A DNA stretch of 47,431 nt, from positions 1 through 47,431 of the forward strand of contig JAZSIP010000081.1 of assembly GCA_045533915.1 (NCBI GenBank), read 5' to 3'. Each line of letters begins with the position of its first letter. Position 1 is the stretch's first letter. The DNA comes from Eubacteriales bacterium. GTDB taxonomy: Bacteria > Bacillota > Clostridia > Oscillospirales > CAG-272. Below are positions 38,312-47,350 of this stretch, in pieces. Under the pieces are notes generated by a model. The model ran no database searches and had not been told where the DNA came from. It saw only the letters and a program-made list of their open reading frames with translations. The translations under genes and the position numbers were made by a program.

Positions 38312-38333
38312 AAATATTTTTTAGGAGGACAAA

Positions 38334-38576
38334 ATGGACACTTATACGACGGTAAAAAACAGAATTTTACAATTACTAGGAGAAAAAAACATGTCAATTC
38401 ACAGATTGGCTATGGAATCAGCAGTCGCGCCCTCGTCCATAAAAAACATTCTGTACGGCAAAAGCCAAAACCCAGGTATCGTGACCCTCAAAATGCTCTG
38501 CGACGGCTTTGGAATATCCTTAACGGATTTTTTTGACACAGAGGAATTTAAAAATTTAGAACAAGAGATAAAATAA
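38334..38576 (+). CDS. Xre/Cro-C1 family helix-turn-helix regulator (80 aa)
   Basis: SIHRLAMESAVAPSSIKNI..G..QNPGIVTLKMLCDGFGISL.DFF HTH_3 pattern. AGGAGG RBS. Confidence 0.9.
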   Translation: MDTYTTVKNRILQLLGEKNMSIHRLAMESAVAPSSIKNILYGKSQNPGIVTLKMLCDGFGISLTDFFDTEEFKNLEQEIK

Positions 38577-38616
38577 AAAATACCAACCTTGAAACAAATC
38601 AAGGTTGGTATTTTTT
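38575..38616. terminator. bidirectional terminator
   Basis: AAAAAATACCAACCTTGA-aacaaa-TCAAGGTTGGTATTTTTT. Confidence 0.85.
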
Positions 38617-38624
38617 CGTTTAAA

Positions 38625-40688
38625 TCACTTCTTGAATCTTATAATCGAATAAGACGTCTCTTTAGGCAGAGTTATCTCGCAAACTCCGTTCTTACGGACG
38701 ATCTTTGCTTCTCCCTTATCAAACGGGATAAATACGTCTGTATCAAGATCTGTGCGAATAGTGATATTTTCCGAAATGTTTATCGGAGTTACCTTATTGA
38801 CGTAGTTTACACGGCTTCTGTGGAATCTCATTTCATCGAGCTTATGATCGATATCGGTATCATAGTCTGCCGCGAGGAAATGCATAACGTAATAGTCCTC
38901 ATTCTCGAATGTCGTCGTGATATATCCCTCGGAGGCTACGACCTTAACGGGCAGCTTTTTCATGAACTTATTTACAAGAGCAAGAAAACTATCGGTTATC
39001 TTTTTGTCGCTTATACGGTGAGGATTGTAGTATATTCCCTGTCCGACCTTTCTCCACTCGTTCGGCTCACTCGACTCTTCAAGCGTTGTATGGGTTATCC
39101 ACTCTGCATTCTTATGCCACACGCCGTTTGCTATCGTTGAAAAGAACTTGTTGGGATCGTCGATCTGCGGTTTTGTCGGCAATACCCAGTTGTTCTCACA
39201 GCCTGTCATAGCGCAAGGTCCGCTCGCGATAACTATACCGCCGTTTTTAGTGTATTCCGCGATCAGCTTCTTTTCCTCGTCGGTCATAAGCGCAACGCTT
39301 GAGATCACGATAACGGGATAATCCTTTGTATCGGTAGGAAGATGAAGTACGGTATGTGCGCTTATTCCCGCACCGAAGAGAGTTTGCAAAGTCTGTGAGT
39401 AGTCCTGTTCATAACCTCGCGCGAGGTTTCCAAAGCAGGATTTGTTTCTCGTTTCATAAGAGAAATATACGCCGACCTGAGCTATCTGCTCTCCGCAGAA
39501 GAGCTCGGGATTATTCTTTTCAAAGGTGTATGTATTTTTAACTATCTCGGGCGCTTCGGGAAGCTCCTTAAGCATATGGTCGGGAAGTCCGAGTCTTGCT
39601 TTGAGAGTTGAGAAACAGCAGTCAGTGTCAAGAGCCTTGTTTACCGCCCAGATGATATTCGCGCTCGGCTCGGTAAAGCCGTAGCCCGTCGCGAACGAGC
39701 GAATACCGTTCTCTCTTGCTACTGCCTGATGATGCGAGAACGCGGTCAGCCGTGCGGAAATAGGCTTGTTAGCTGTAACGGGGTCGTGCTTATAGGGAGG
39801 CGTATTTCCGCTCATCTCCATATGAACGTAATTGCTTCCGCCCGCAACGAATCTGCTCGCATCGGATGCTTTTCCGTTCATGGGTGAGCTCGCACTGTTC
39901 GAGCCGCAGGTCGTAACAGGGAAATCTTTGGGCAGACACGGCATAAGCTTTTCAAAAAACTCCTTGCCCGCCTCGTAACGAAGGTCTATCCACTGTTTCC
40001 ATGCCTCATTCTCCCAGTTACCCCAGAAGTTTCTGTCCTCTATCGGAGGAAGATCGATTCCCGTTCTTCTCTTCAGCTCCGCTCTGCAATGAGGGCAAGC
40101 GCAGGAGATATAATGCATATAGTGAACGGGGTCTTCAGCCGCCAAGCCGTCGATTCCCGTGTCGGCTACAAGCTTTTTCGCGTAATCGCAATAAGCCTCA
40201 ATAAAGTCGGGGTTACGGTAACAGAAGCCCTCGCCCGCATACTGCGGATAATAGAGAATACTTCCGTCCCTTACGTCTATCATTCGCCAATCGTTAAGAC
40301 GCTTACCCTTGTATTCCCAAGTTGCCGCCGCCTCACGAGAAGGAGAAAACGGAATGTGCGGTCCGCTGTGAATCATAACGTGGCGCATCTCCTCACGCGT
40401 ATCGTAGCGATGGATAAGGTTTACGGAATGACGGTCGTAAAGCTCGATCCCGTATTTGTGAAGCTCCTCCGCAGTCGCGGCTATATGGTCGTGAAGCAAC
40501 TCAAAATAAGGAAGATAGTCCCATCTGAAATGAGCTCCGAAAAGAACGGCTGTCGTTACGTTTGCTTTTGCCGCCTCCTCTGATCTTCTCTTTATCTTAT
40601 CCTGCATATCAATGCTTGGCCAATTGAAATCTTCCCAAGTGAGCCACCAGTTTATAAGTCTTTTGGGCGTAACCTTTTTTTCGTTCAT
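38625..40688 (-). CDS. hypothetical glycoside-hydrolase-like protein (TIM-barrel-like N-terminus, GH42-like trimerisation region)
   Basis: CYRNPDF..Y.....K.L..TGIDG...ED, CACPHC, and later VGVYFS and YPVIVIS...GGIVIASG. No signal peptide; it sits in a sugar cluster. Confidence 0.55.
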   Translation of the reverse strand: MNEKKVTPKRLINWWLTWEDFNWPSIDMQDKIKRRSEEAAKANVTTAVLFGAHFRWDYLPYFELLHDHIAATAEELHKYGIELYDRHSVNLIHRYDTREEMRHVMIHSGPHIPFSPSREAAATWEYKGKRLNDWRMIDVRDGSILYYPQYAGEGFCYRNPDFIEAYCDYAKKLVADTGIDGLAAEDPVHYMHYISCACPHCRAELKRRTGIDLPPIEDRNFWGNWENEAWKQWIDLRYEAGKEFFEKLMPCLPKDFPVTTCGSNSASSPMNGKASDASRFVAGGSNYVHMEMSGNTPPYKHDPVTANKPISARLTAFSHHQAVARENGIRSFATGYGFTEPSANIIWAVNKALDTDCCFSTLKARLGLPDHMLKELPEAPEIVKNTYTFEKNNPELFCGEQIAQVGVYFSYETRNKSCFGNLARGYEQDYSQTLQTLFGAGISAHTVLHLPTDTKDYPVIVISSVALMTDEEKKLIAEYTKNGGIVIASGPCAMTGCENNWVLPTKPQIDDPNKFFSTIANGVWHKNAEWITHTTLEESSEPNEWRKVGQGIYYNPHRISDKKITDSFLALVNKFMKKLPVKVVASEGYITTTFENEDYYVMHFLAADYDTDIDHKLDEMRFHRSRVNYVNKVTPINISENITIRTDLDTDVFIPFDKGEAKIVRKNGVCEITLPKETSYSIIRFKK

Positions 40689-40702
40689 TGATATATCTCT
40701 CC

Positions 40703-41485
40703 TTATTTATCTTCGGGTATTATCGGATAAAGCTGAATAGTGTTTCCGCCGTCAACAACAAGCTCCGCGCCCGTCGTGTTTCTTGCGTGAGCCGCAAAGT
40801 ACCAGATAGCGTCCGCTATGTCCGTGCCGTCCGCTACGTCTCCGATAGGAGTGTATTTCGACGGAACTTTTGCGTAAAACTCGGGATTCTTTTCCCAACG
40901 GTCTGTTCTGATCATACCGGGGAGAACCGCGTTTACGCGAATATTGTATTTTCCGAGATCAAGAGCGAGTGCGCGCATAAGTCCGAGCTGACCACCCTTT
41001 GACGCTACGTATGCCACTCTGTCAGGAATTGCTCTGTATGCGGTATTGGAGTTGATGAAGATGATATTACCGCCGCCCTGCTCTTTCATACGCTTTGCGG
41101 CATGCTCAGAAAGACAGAAATTCCATACAACGTTAGTGTTTATGACTTTCATAAGATCGGTGAGAGGATTTTCGAATATCTTCTGACCAAGTCCCTGATC
41201 TGCGGCATTGAGAACGAGAGTTTCAACGAAAAGACCTCTCTTATCGATATCCGCAAACATCTCATCTACCGACTTCTCGTCGACTGTTCTATCGTCAAGC
41301 AGAGAGTCGATGTGATAGCCTACTATCTCAACATTCGGGAATTTTGCCTTGTATTCTCTTTCAGCCGCGTGTACCTTCTCCATGCTTCTTCCCGTGAAGA
41401 TAACGTTGTAGCCCTCAGATGCGAATTTTTCAACTATTGCGACACCCGTGTTGATACAAGCGCCCGTTATAAGTGCTGTTTTCAT
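40703..41485 (-). CDS. short-chain dehydrogenase/reductase
   Basis: TGACINTG Rossmann variant, LNAA, YVASK (YxxxK) and VNAVLPG. Confidence 0.92.
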   Translation of the reverse strand: MKTALITGACINTGVAIVEKFASEGYNVIFTGRSMEKVHAAEREYKAKFPNVEIVGYHIDSLLDDRTVDEKSVDEMFADIDKRGLFVETLVLNAADQGLGQKIFENPLTDLMKVINTNVVWNFCLSEHAAKRMKEQGGGNIIFINSNTAYRAIPDRVAYVASKGGQLGLMRALALDLGKYNIRVNAVLPGMIRTDRWEKNPEFYAKVPSKYTPIGDVADGTDIADAIWYFAAHARNTTGAELVVDGGNTIQLYPIIPEDK

Positions 41486-41495
41486 TTTTATTTTT

Positions 41496-41550
41496 CTTGA
41501 GGGAAGCTTTCTTATAAGAAAGCTTTCCCTAAAACTCCCTTCAAAGAATT
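41496..41550 (-). repeat. REP-like palindromic element, copy 2
   Basis: Minus strand TTTGAAGGGAGTTTTAGGGAAAGCTTTCTTATAAGAAAGCTTCCCTCAAG, same head and hairpin layout as 9788-9839. Confidence 0.6.
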
Positions 41551-41586
41551 AAAAAAATATATAGTTTTTAGCTTTGCTTTCTTTTT

Positions 41587-41620
41587 GCTTACTTTCTCTT
41601 TTTCAAAAGAGAAAGTAAGC
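41587..41620. repeat. 16-bp perfect inverted repeat (terminator/stabiliser or second REP-like unit)
   Basis: GCTTACTTTCTCTTTT-tc-AAAAGAGAAAGTAAGC right after the dgoD stop. Confidence 0.65.
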
Positions 41621-41628
41621 GCGTCCCA

Positions 41629-42789
41629 TTAGAAATAAAATTCGGTTTTAGCGGGGCGAATATCGGTCAGAGCGCCCGTGTAATGACGGAGATTATGCTC
41701 AACGTAGGGGTGCTCGAGACAAGCTTCCTCATTGAGCTCGATTCCAAGTCCCGGACGATCGCCTATCTTTATTCTTCCGTCCTCGTAAACGAGATTTTCG
41801 TCGGTAACGTCCTTACGCCAATCAACGTCGCTGTACATTATCTCAAGTATGCAGAAGTTCGGGCAGCAAGCCGCGAGCTGAAGCGTTGCGGCATTTGCAA
41901 CAGGACCTGAGGGATTATGAGGAGCAAAAGGAATGTAATTCGCCTCGGCGATAGCCGCTATCTTCTTAAGCTCCATGATACCGCCCGCATGGGAGATATC
42001 GGGCTGAATGTAATCGCAAGCACGACGGCGGAAGAGCTCGTTGTAATCAAAACGAGTGTAGAGACGCTCGCCTGCCGAAATAGCCACGGGAGATTTCGCG
42101 CGGACGGCTTCAAGAGCTTCTAGGTTGTTCGGAGGTACGGGCTCTTCGAGGAACATAGGCTTGAACTGCGCTACTTCCTGCGCTATCTTGATACCCGTGG
42201 GAACGTCAAAGCGTCCATGAGCCTCGATAAGAAGATCGACCTCGTCTCCGACTGCCTCACGAACCGCCGCAATACAACGCAGAGCCTTGTCAAGCTCCTT
42301 GTTGGATATCTGCAAATAGTTCTTGCCGAATGGGTCCCACTTCATAGCGGTAACACCGCGCTTTACTGCCTCTTTAGCCTTTGCGCCGAACTCCTCGGGC
42401 TCTTTCGCGCCCGCAAACCAACCGTTTACGTAGATACGGCAATCCTCATTCACCTTTCCGCCGAGAAGCTGATATACGGGAACGCCGAGCGACTTTCCGA
42501 GAATATCCCAAAGAGCCATCTCAACCGCGGACAGAGCTGACATAAGAACCGCTCCGCCTCTCCAATAAGCGTCACGGTATATATCGTGAAAATGCTTTTC
42601 GATCTGTCTTGGGTCTTTACCTACAAGATAGCTCTTGATGTGCTCGACAGCACCAACAAGTGCCTTTTCCTTATATTCGAGAGTTCCCTCTCCTACACCG
42701 TCGATTCCCTCGTCGGTGTAAACCTTAACGAACACCCAGTTCGTGCGGAAACAATCTACTACAAATGTTTTAATGTCTGTTACTTTCAT
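41629..42789 (-). CDS. dgoD: galactonate-dehydratase-like enzyme (mandelate racemase subgroup)
   Basis: YWRGG, ALWDILGK..GVPVYQLLGG, EAHGR, EEP, GERL, QPD..HAGGI and APHNP. Exact substrate uncertain. Confidence 0.8.
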   Translation of the reverse strand: MKVTDIKTFVVDCFRTNWVFVKVYTDEGIDGVGEGTLEYKEKALVGAVEHIKSYLVGKDPRQIEKHFHDIYRDAYWRGGAVLMSALSAVEMALWDILGKSLGVPVYQLLGGKVNEDCRIYVNGWFAGAKEPEEFGAKAKEAVKRGVTAMKWDPFGKNYLQISNKELDKALRCIAAVREAVGDEVDLLIEAHGRFDVPTGIKIAQEVAQFKPMFLEEPVPPNNLEALEAVRAKSPVAISAGERLYTRFDYNELFRRRACDYIQPDISHAGGIMELKKIAAIAEANYIPFAPHNPSGPVANAATLQLAACCPNFCILEIMYSDVDWRKDVTDENLVYEDGRIKIGDRPGLGIELNEEACLEHPYVEHNLRHYTGALTDIRPAKTEFYF

Positions 42790-42815
42790 TTCTTTTCTTC
42801 TCTTTTTATGTATTT

Positions 42816-44426
42816 TTATTTGTCGTATACGTTAAGCTTTACGGGGGAAACTCCCTCAAAAGCTATTTCTCCGCAAGCGGCGCGTACAAATGCCTTTACA
42901 GAACATTCAAGCATTGAATACGCATTGACGTAGGTCTGCGCCTTTTCAAAATACTGATCTCCAAAATAGGGAGAGCCAAAGCTTACAACAGCAAGCTTGT
43001 CAACATAATTAGGTTGTGAATACGAGGTTCTGAGTCTCATAGCGCGCTCTGCCGTATAATCGATAAATCCGACAGGACGGAACGGACGCGAAAAGGTTGC
43101 GTAAATAACAAGATCGTTTTCGTCGAATATACGCTTTGCCTCCTGTGCGGATATTTTTCCTGTTTCGTTGTAATCAACTTCAAAACCACGCGCTTCAAAC
43201 TCTGTCTTAAGAGCTTTTGCCTCCGCAAGTGCGGGTGCATACTCGCAGATCACGACTATGCCGATCTTTTTTGTCTTTTTAACGTCTAGTGGCAAATGGT
43301 TCAATCTATTGCGAACCAAGGTTATTCCCTGCTCGGAGCAATGCTGCTGGAAGCTCTTTATGAAGCTTGCTTCCTCGTCCGAAATATCTCTGAACAGCTT
43401 ACGATCGGGATCAAACAGTCCTCTCTTCTCTTTAATACGCAAAATACGTGTAACCGCATCGTCAAGTCGCGACATCGGAACGTCTCCCGAAAGGATCGCT
43501 GTCTCAAGCGCGTCTGCGTATTCTTCGGTGGGCCAGAGCATCATATCGCAGCCAGCCTTGAATGACTCGATCTCAGCCTCCGTATTTGTAGGATACCAAC
43601 CAGCAAATCCGCCCATTCCAAGAGCATCGGTAACTACGATACCTTCAAATCCCATCTCGCCTTTCAAAAGATCGGTTATAAGCTCCTTTGAAAGCGTTGC
43701 GGGGAGCGGCATATTAAAGCGTTCGCTAAGTTCCTTTGTGTATGCGGGAAGTCCGATGTGCCCCGCCATAATCGAATCCACTCCCGCTCCGATCATCTCG
43801 GCAAACACTTTTCCATATGTAGCGCGCCAATCGTCAAGCTCACAGTCATTGTAAGTCGTAGTTATATGCTGATCTCTGTAATCCATTCCGTCGCCCGGAA
43901 AATGCTTTGCGCACGCCGAAAGACCGTTATCCTGCATACCCTTTACTATCTGAGGGAGCATCTTTACGGCGAGATCCGTATCATCGGTAAGCGCTCGGTT
44001 GTTGACAAGAGGATTTCTCTTGTTTCTGTTGAGATCGCTTACGGGAGAAAATGTCCAATTTGCGCCGATAGAACGCGCCTCGATAGCGGTCACCTTACCG
44101 TAATCATAAGCAGTCTGCGCGTCATTCGTTGCGCCAAGTCCCATCATATAAGGCAGAGGTGTCAGCGACTTTACCATACTTCCGCAGCCGTTTTCAAAGT
44201 CCGAGGTTATGAGGGGCGGAATGTCGCAAATATCAGCCAGCTCCTTAACGTATCCGCGAAGCTCATCAAGCCCCGCTTCATCTGCTTCGGTAATGATCTC
44301 TCCGAAGAAAAATGCCGCTCCCGGAGCGAAATCGACTGTTTCCCCCTTCTTCATCTTTATAACTATGGTTTGATTTATTTTTTCTCTTAATGTCATTTTT
44401 TCAATGTTTGGAATCTGTTTTTTCAT
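42816..44426 (-). CDS. GH3 glycoside hydrolase, NagZ/Nag3-like with a His acid/base
   Basis: SDFENG, KHFPGDGMDYRDQH, IMAGH and nucleophile region VVTDALGM. No signal peptide. Confidence 0.9.
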   Translation of the reverse strand: MKKQIPNIEKMTLREKINQTIVIKMKKGETVDFAPGAAFFFGEIITEADEAGLDELRGYVKELADICDIPPLITSDFENGCGSMVKSLTPLPYMMGLGATNDAQTAYDYGKVTAIEARSIGANWTFSPVSDLNRNKRNPLVNNRALTDDTDLAVKMLPQIVKGMQDNGLSACAKHFPGDGMDYRDQHITTTYNDCELDDWRATYGKVFAEMIGAGVDSIMAGHIGLPAYTKELSERFNMPLPATLSKELITDLLKGEMGFEGIVVTDALGMGGFAGWYPTNTEAEIESFKAGCDMMLWPTEEYADALETAILSGDVPMSRLDDAVTRILRIKEKRGLFDPDRKLFRDISDEEASFIKSFQQHCSEQGITLVRNRLNHLPLDVKKTKKIGIVVICEYAPALAEAKALKTEFEARGFEVDYNETGKISAQEAKRIFDENDLVIYATFSRPFRPVGFIDYTAERAMRLRTSYSQPNYVDKLAVVSFGSPYFGDQYFEKAQTYVNAYSMLECSVKAFVRAACGEIAFEGVSPVKLNVYDK

Positions 44427-44444
44427 AAAATATCTCCTTTTTTA

Positions 44445-45128
44445 TTAAAATTTTATTTCTTTCCATATAGTTGGAATCGTCTTTTTCTCACATTCAAATT
44501 TGTTTGGATCGAGTTCGTCAAACATACCGTAATGTATCGGAACGATGTGCTTCGCTCCGCAATCTTTTGCAAAACGCTCGGCATCGGAAATATTCATATT
44601 ATTTCCAACTCCGTTTATGGGAAGAAATACCGCATAAATATCGTTTGGAAGATCACCGAGAATTTCCGAATTATAAAGCGTGTCGCCCGTTACGTAATAC
44701 TTCTTTCCACTACAAAGATCCTCTATTATCACGCCTATGGCAAACGCATCGCTATGCTCCGCTTTAACAGCGGTAAAGCGAAATCCGTATTCAGTCCACT
44801 CGGTATGACGGTTAAACTGAACGTAATTGTGTTCGTTTCCGTGTGTTCTTGCCTTCTGCCAAGCAGACGAGGGTGCAAGAACGGTCATGCGCTTATCGGT
44901 CTTTGAGAAAAATACGGGTGCTGTCTCGGGGTCATAATGATCGAGATGATCGTGCGTAAATATCATTACGTCGGGAGTTACAGACAAAAACTCCTCGTTT
45001 ACGGGAACACGTCTGTAGTTTTTAGGCTCGTATTTTTCAACCGAATTTGAAAGATACGGGTCTATCATAATTTTTACTCCGTTTTTTTCAAAGAGCAGAC
45101 CCGCCTGTCCAAGCCAAATTATTTTCAT
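44445..45128 (-). CDS. MBL-fold metallo-hydrolase (UlaG-like, putative lactonase)
   Basis: WLGQAG, IDPYLS, THDHLDH, GDT, LPING..NNM and PIHYGMF. Confidence 0.85.
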   Translation of the reverse strand: MKIIWLGQAGLLFEKNGVKIMIDPYLSNSVEKYEPKNYRRVPVNEEFLSVTPDVMIFTHDHLDHYDPETAPVFFSKTDKRMTVLAPSSAWQKARTHGNEHNYVQFNRHTEWTEYGFRFTAVKAEHSDAFAIGVIIEDLCSGKKYYVTGDTLYNSEILGDLPNDIYAVFLPINGVGNNMNISDAERFAKDCGAKHIVPIHYGMFDELDPNKFECEKKTIPTIWKEIKF

Positions 45129-45147
45129 ATGATTTCCTCCTAAAATA

Positions 45148-45176
45148 TTGACAATTTCACAATTTTATTGTATCAT
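45148..45176 (+). promoter_or_regulatory. sigmaA promoter of araC, overlapping a divergent TGnTACAAT -10 with a poor -35
   Basis: TTGACA-N17-TATCAT on the plus strand, TACAAT on the minus strand at 45167-45172. Confidence 0.6.
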
Positions 45177-45248
45177 ATATTTTACTGAATATATATCGTT
45201 ATCTTACTTATTTTATTAGAAATATTATTATCGGAGATAAAAACACGC

Positions 45249-46052
45249 ATGAAAGATATCATTCTTCCCGAGATAGTGGCGGTTGGAATATACAACGCAC
45301 AGATAGCAATAAAAAACCGCGAGATCACAAAAAACCGAAAAACGACAATGTTTGAGATCGAGTTACCTCTTGAATCGGGCGGTTTTTCATACATAGACGA
45401 AGAATGCGCTCCAATATCAAATGACATAGTTATTTGCGCAAAGCCCGGTCAATTGCGTCACACCAAGCTACCTTTCAAATGCTATTTTATTCATATGATC
45501 ATTCACGAAGGTGAGCTGTGTGACCGTCTTATGGAAATGCCGTCTTACGTTAAAATAAGCGACAGAAAGATATATGAGGATATTTTTAAACAGCTTTATG
45601 CATATTATGATACCGCCTTGGACAAACACCGATTGCTTATGCAAAGCCGTATTTTAGAATTGATCTATCTCCTATGCGACCATACCTCAAAGCAGGGTTT
45701 TCAAAGTAAATCAAGCAACAAGGAAATGATAGAAAAGGTCATAAAATATATAAAAGCTAATCTTGCCTCCGATCTATCTCTTAACACAGTCGCGGAATAC
45801 GCGTCTTTCAGTCCCATACATTTTCACAACTGCTTCAAGCGCTCCACTGGAAAAACCTTGCGCGAATTTGTCGAAGAGCAAAGGCTTCAAAAGGCAATAA
45901 ATCTTTTGATAAGCACAGATATGACTTTATCGGAAATAGCTTACGAATGCGGTTTTTCCTCGCAGTCTTATTTCAGCTCGGTCTTTAAGCAAAAAATGAA
46001 AACAACACCAAGAAAATACGCAAAGGAAATTCAGCAAAAGTACGAGGAATAA
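45249..46052 (+). CDS. AraC family transcriptional regulator
   Basis: Cupin-like N-terminus and C-terminal IAYECGFSSQSYFSSVFKQ...TPRKY. Confidence 0.93.
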   Translation: MKDIILPEIVAVGIYNAQIAIKNREITKNRKTTMFEIELPLESGGFSYIDEECAPISNDIVICAKPGQLRHTKLPFKCYFIHMIIHEGELCDRLMEMPSYVKISDRKIYEDIFKQLYAYYDTALDKHRLLMQSRILELIYLLCDHTSKQGFQSKSSNKEMIEKVIKYIKANLASDLSLNTVAEYASFSPIHFHNCFKRSTGKTLREFVEEQRLQKAINLLISTDMTLSEIAYECGFSSQSYFSSVFKQKMKTTPRKYAKEIQQKYEE

Positions 46053-46097
46053 ACCAATCAAACCAAAATGCTCCGATCTTTATTGAATTTTTTCGCA

Positions 46098-46166
46098 TTG
46101 CATCTTTATGATATATGTTGCATTTTTTTGATATATGTCGCATTTTTTTGATATGTTACATTTTTT
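46098..46166 (+). repeat. ~20-bp tandem direct repeats abutting a -35 box
   Basis: ATATATGTTGCATTTTTTTG (46111), ATATATGTCGCATTTTTTTG (46131), ATATGTTACATTTTTT (46151), and partial TTGCATCTTTATG (46098). Confidence 0.8.
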
Positions 46167-46167
46167 A

Positions 46168-46196
46168 TTGAATTATTACCCGAAATGTTGTATAAT
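46168..46196 (+). promoter_or_regulatory. sigmaA promoter
   Basis: TTGAAT-N17-TATAAT. Confidence 0.7.
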
Positions 46197-46354
46197 TACA
46201 GCAAAAAACATATTTTTTGGTTTTGTGTGATTTAAACAAAGCACGAAAAAAGATTGTTTATTTTGTTAATTAAAAAAAGCTTCATTTATTAGTATAATAA
46301 ATGTTAGTATTCGTTTTATCAAAAAATCTTTGTTAAAGGAAGGTATAAAACGCT

Positions 46355-47350
46355 ATGAAAAGATGCGGAGCGTTTGTTTTATTATTGTGTATCATTTTTG
46401 TTACTCTGGCTGCTATAATTCCCATATCGGCAACAGCAACGCCTGAATCCACAGAAAAACTGCAAACGAAGGGCTATGTTTTGGCGGTCAGCACCTCCAC
46501 ACATTCCGATTCAAGTTACGACTTGCCCAACGGCATGAGTATGTTCTAACTGCTCTCCGATGGTACGTTTTTAGTATTCGACGGCGGTCAAGGAACAGAC
46601 AACGCATCTATTGACGCGCACCACCTTTACAAACAGCTGAAAGCCGTTGCCGACGAAAACGAAATTGATGACATCGTGGTTTCCGCATAGGTCATCACCC
46701 ATGCACACAAGGATCACTACGGCTTTGACCGTGTTTTCTTCCCTACTTACAATAATGACGTACAGGTTCGTGAGTTCTGGTATAACGGTATCTCCGGTTA
46801 TTCAGTAAACACCGAGGTCGAAAAGCTTATCAAAAACAACTATCCCAACACTCCTATCCGCACGCTGACTTTGGGAGAAAAGATCACCCTTGCGGATATG
46901 CTGATCGAGGTCATGATGACCCCTGAAGCGTTGACGGCAGACGATCCCGATGCGATCTCGACTGATTTTAACAATTCCTCACTTGTATTGAAGCTAACGA
47001 TCGGCACAAAAACGGTGTTGATGACAGGTGACGCTACCATTGCCGCTTGGGATTGGCTAGTATCCAAATACCCCTCTATCAATGGCGTCAGCGCCTTGAA
47101 GAACGATATTTTACAAGTTCCCCACCACGGCTCAAATCCCGCGGGAACAAATGAGGGCTACGATCTTGTTGACGCTGACACACTGATATATCCCGCTGGC
47201 TCACGTCTGTACGAAAGATGTGTCAACGAAAGCTACACGTCAACCTATCAGGCATCAACCGTTTACGTCATTGAAAAAACGGCTAAAAAGATTGTGATGG
47301 GATTTACTTTTCTCCAACTGCGAAGATATGTATTAAATAGATCTGTATAG
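46355..47350 (+). pseudogene. secreted ComEC/Rec2-like MBL-fold hydrolase interrupted by two in-frame stops
   Basis: One continuous frame: signal peptide...GMSMF*(TAA 46547)LLSDGTFLVFDGG...VSA*(TAG 46688)VITHAHKDH...NNSSL..GD...QVPHHGS. Confidence 0.85.

Noticed and set aside
37606-38576. Prophage or ICE remnant
   Set aside because: No integrase, att-like repeats or other mobile genes are visible, so it was kept only as an islet.
46098-46166. CRISPR array
   Set aside because: The repeats are contiguous with no unique spacers, and no cas genes are nearby.
46547-46690. Stop-codon reassignment or pyrrolysine read-through in the MBL gene
   Set aside because: Two different stops (TAA and TAG) are involved, TAA ends most genes in the window, and both fit single-base nonsense changes.
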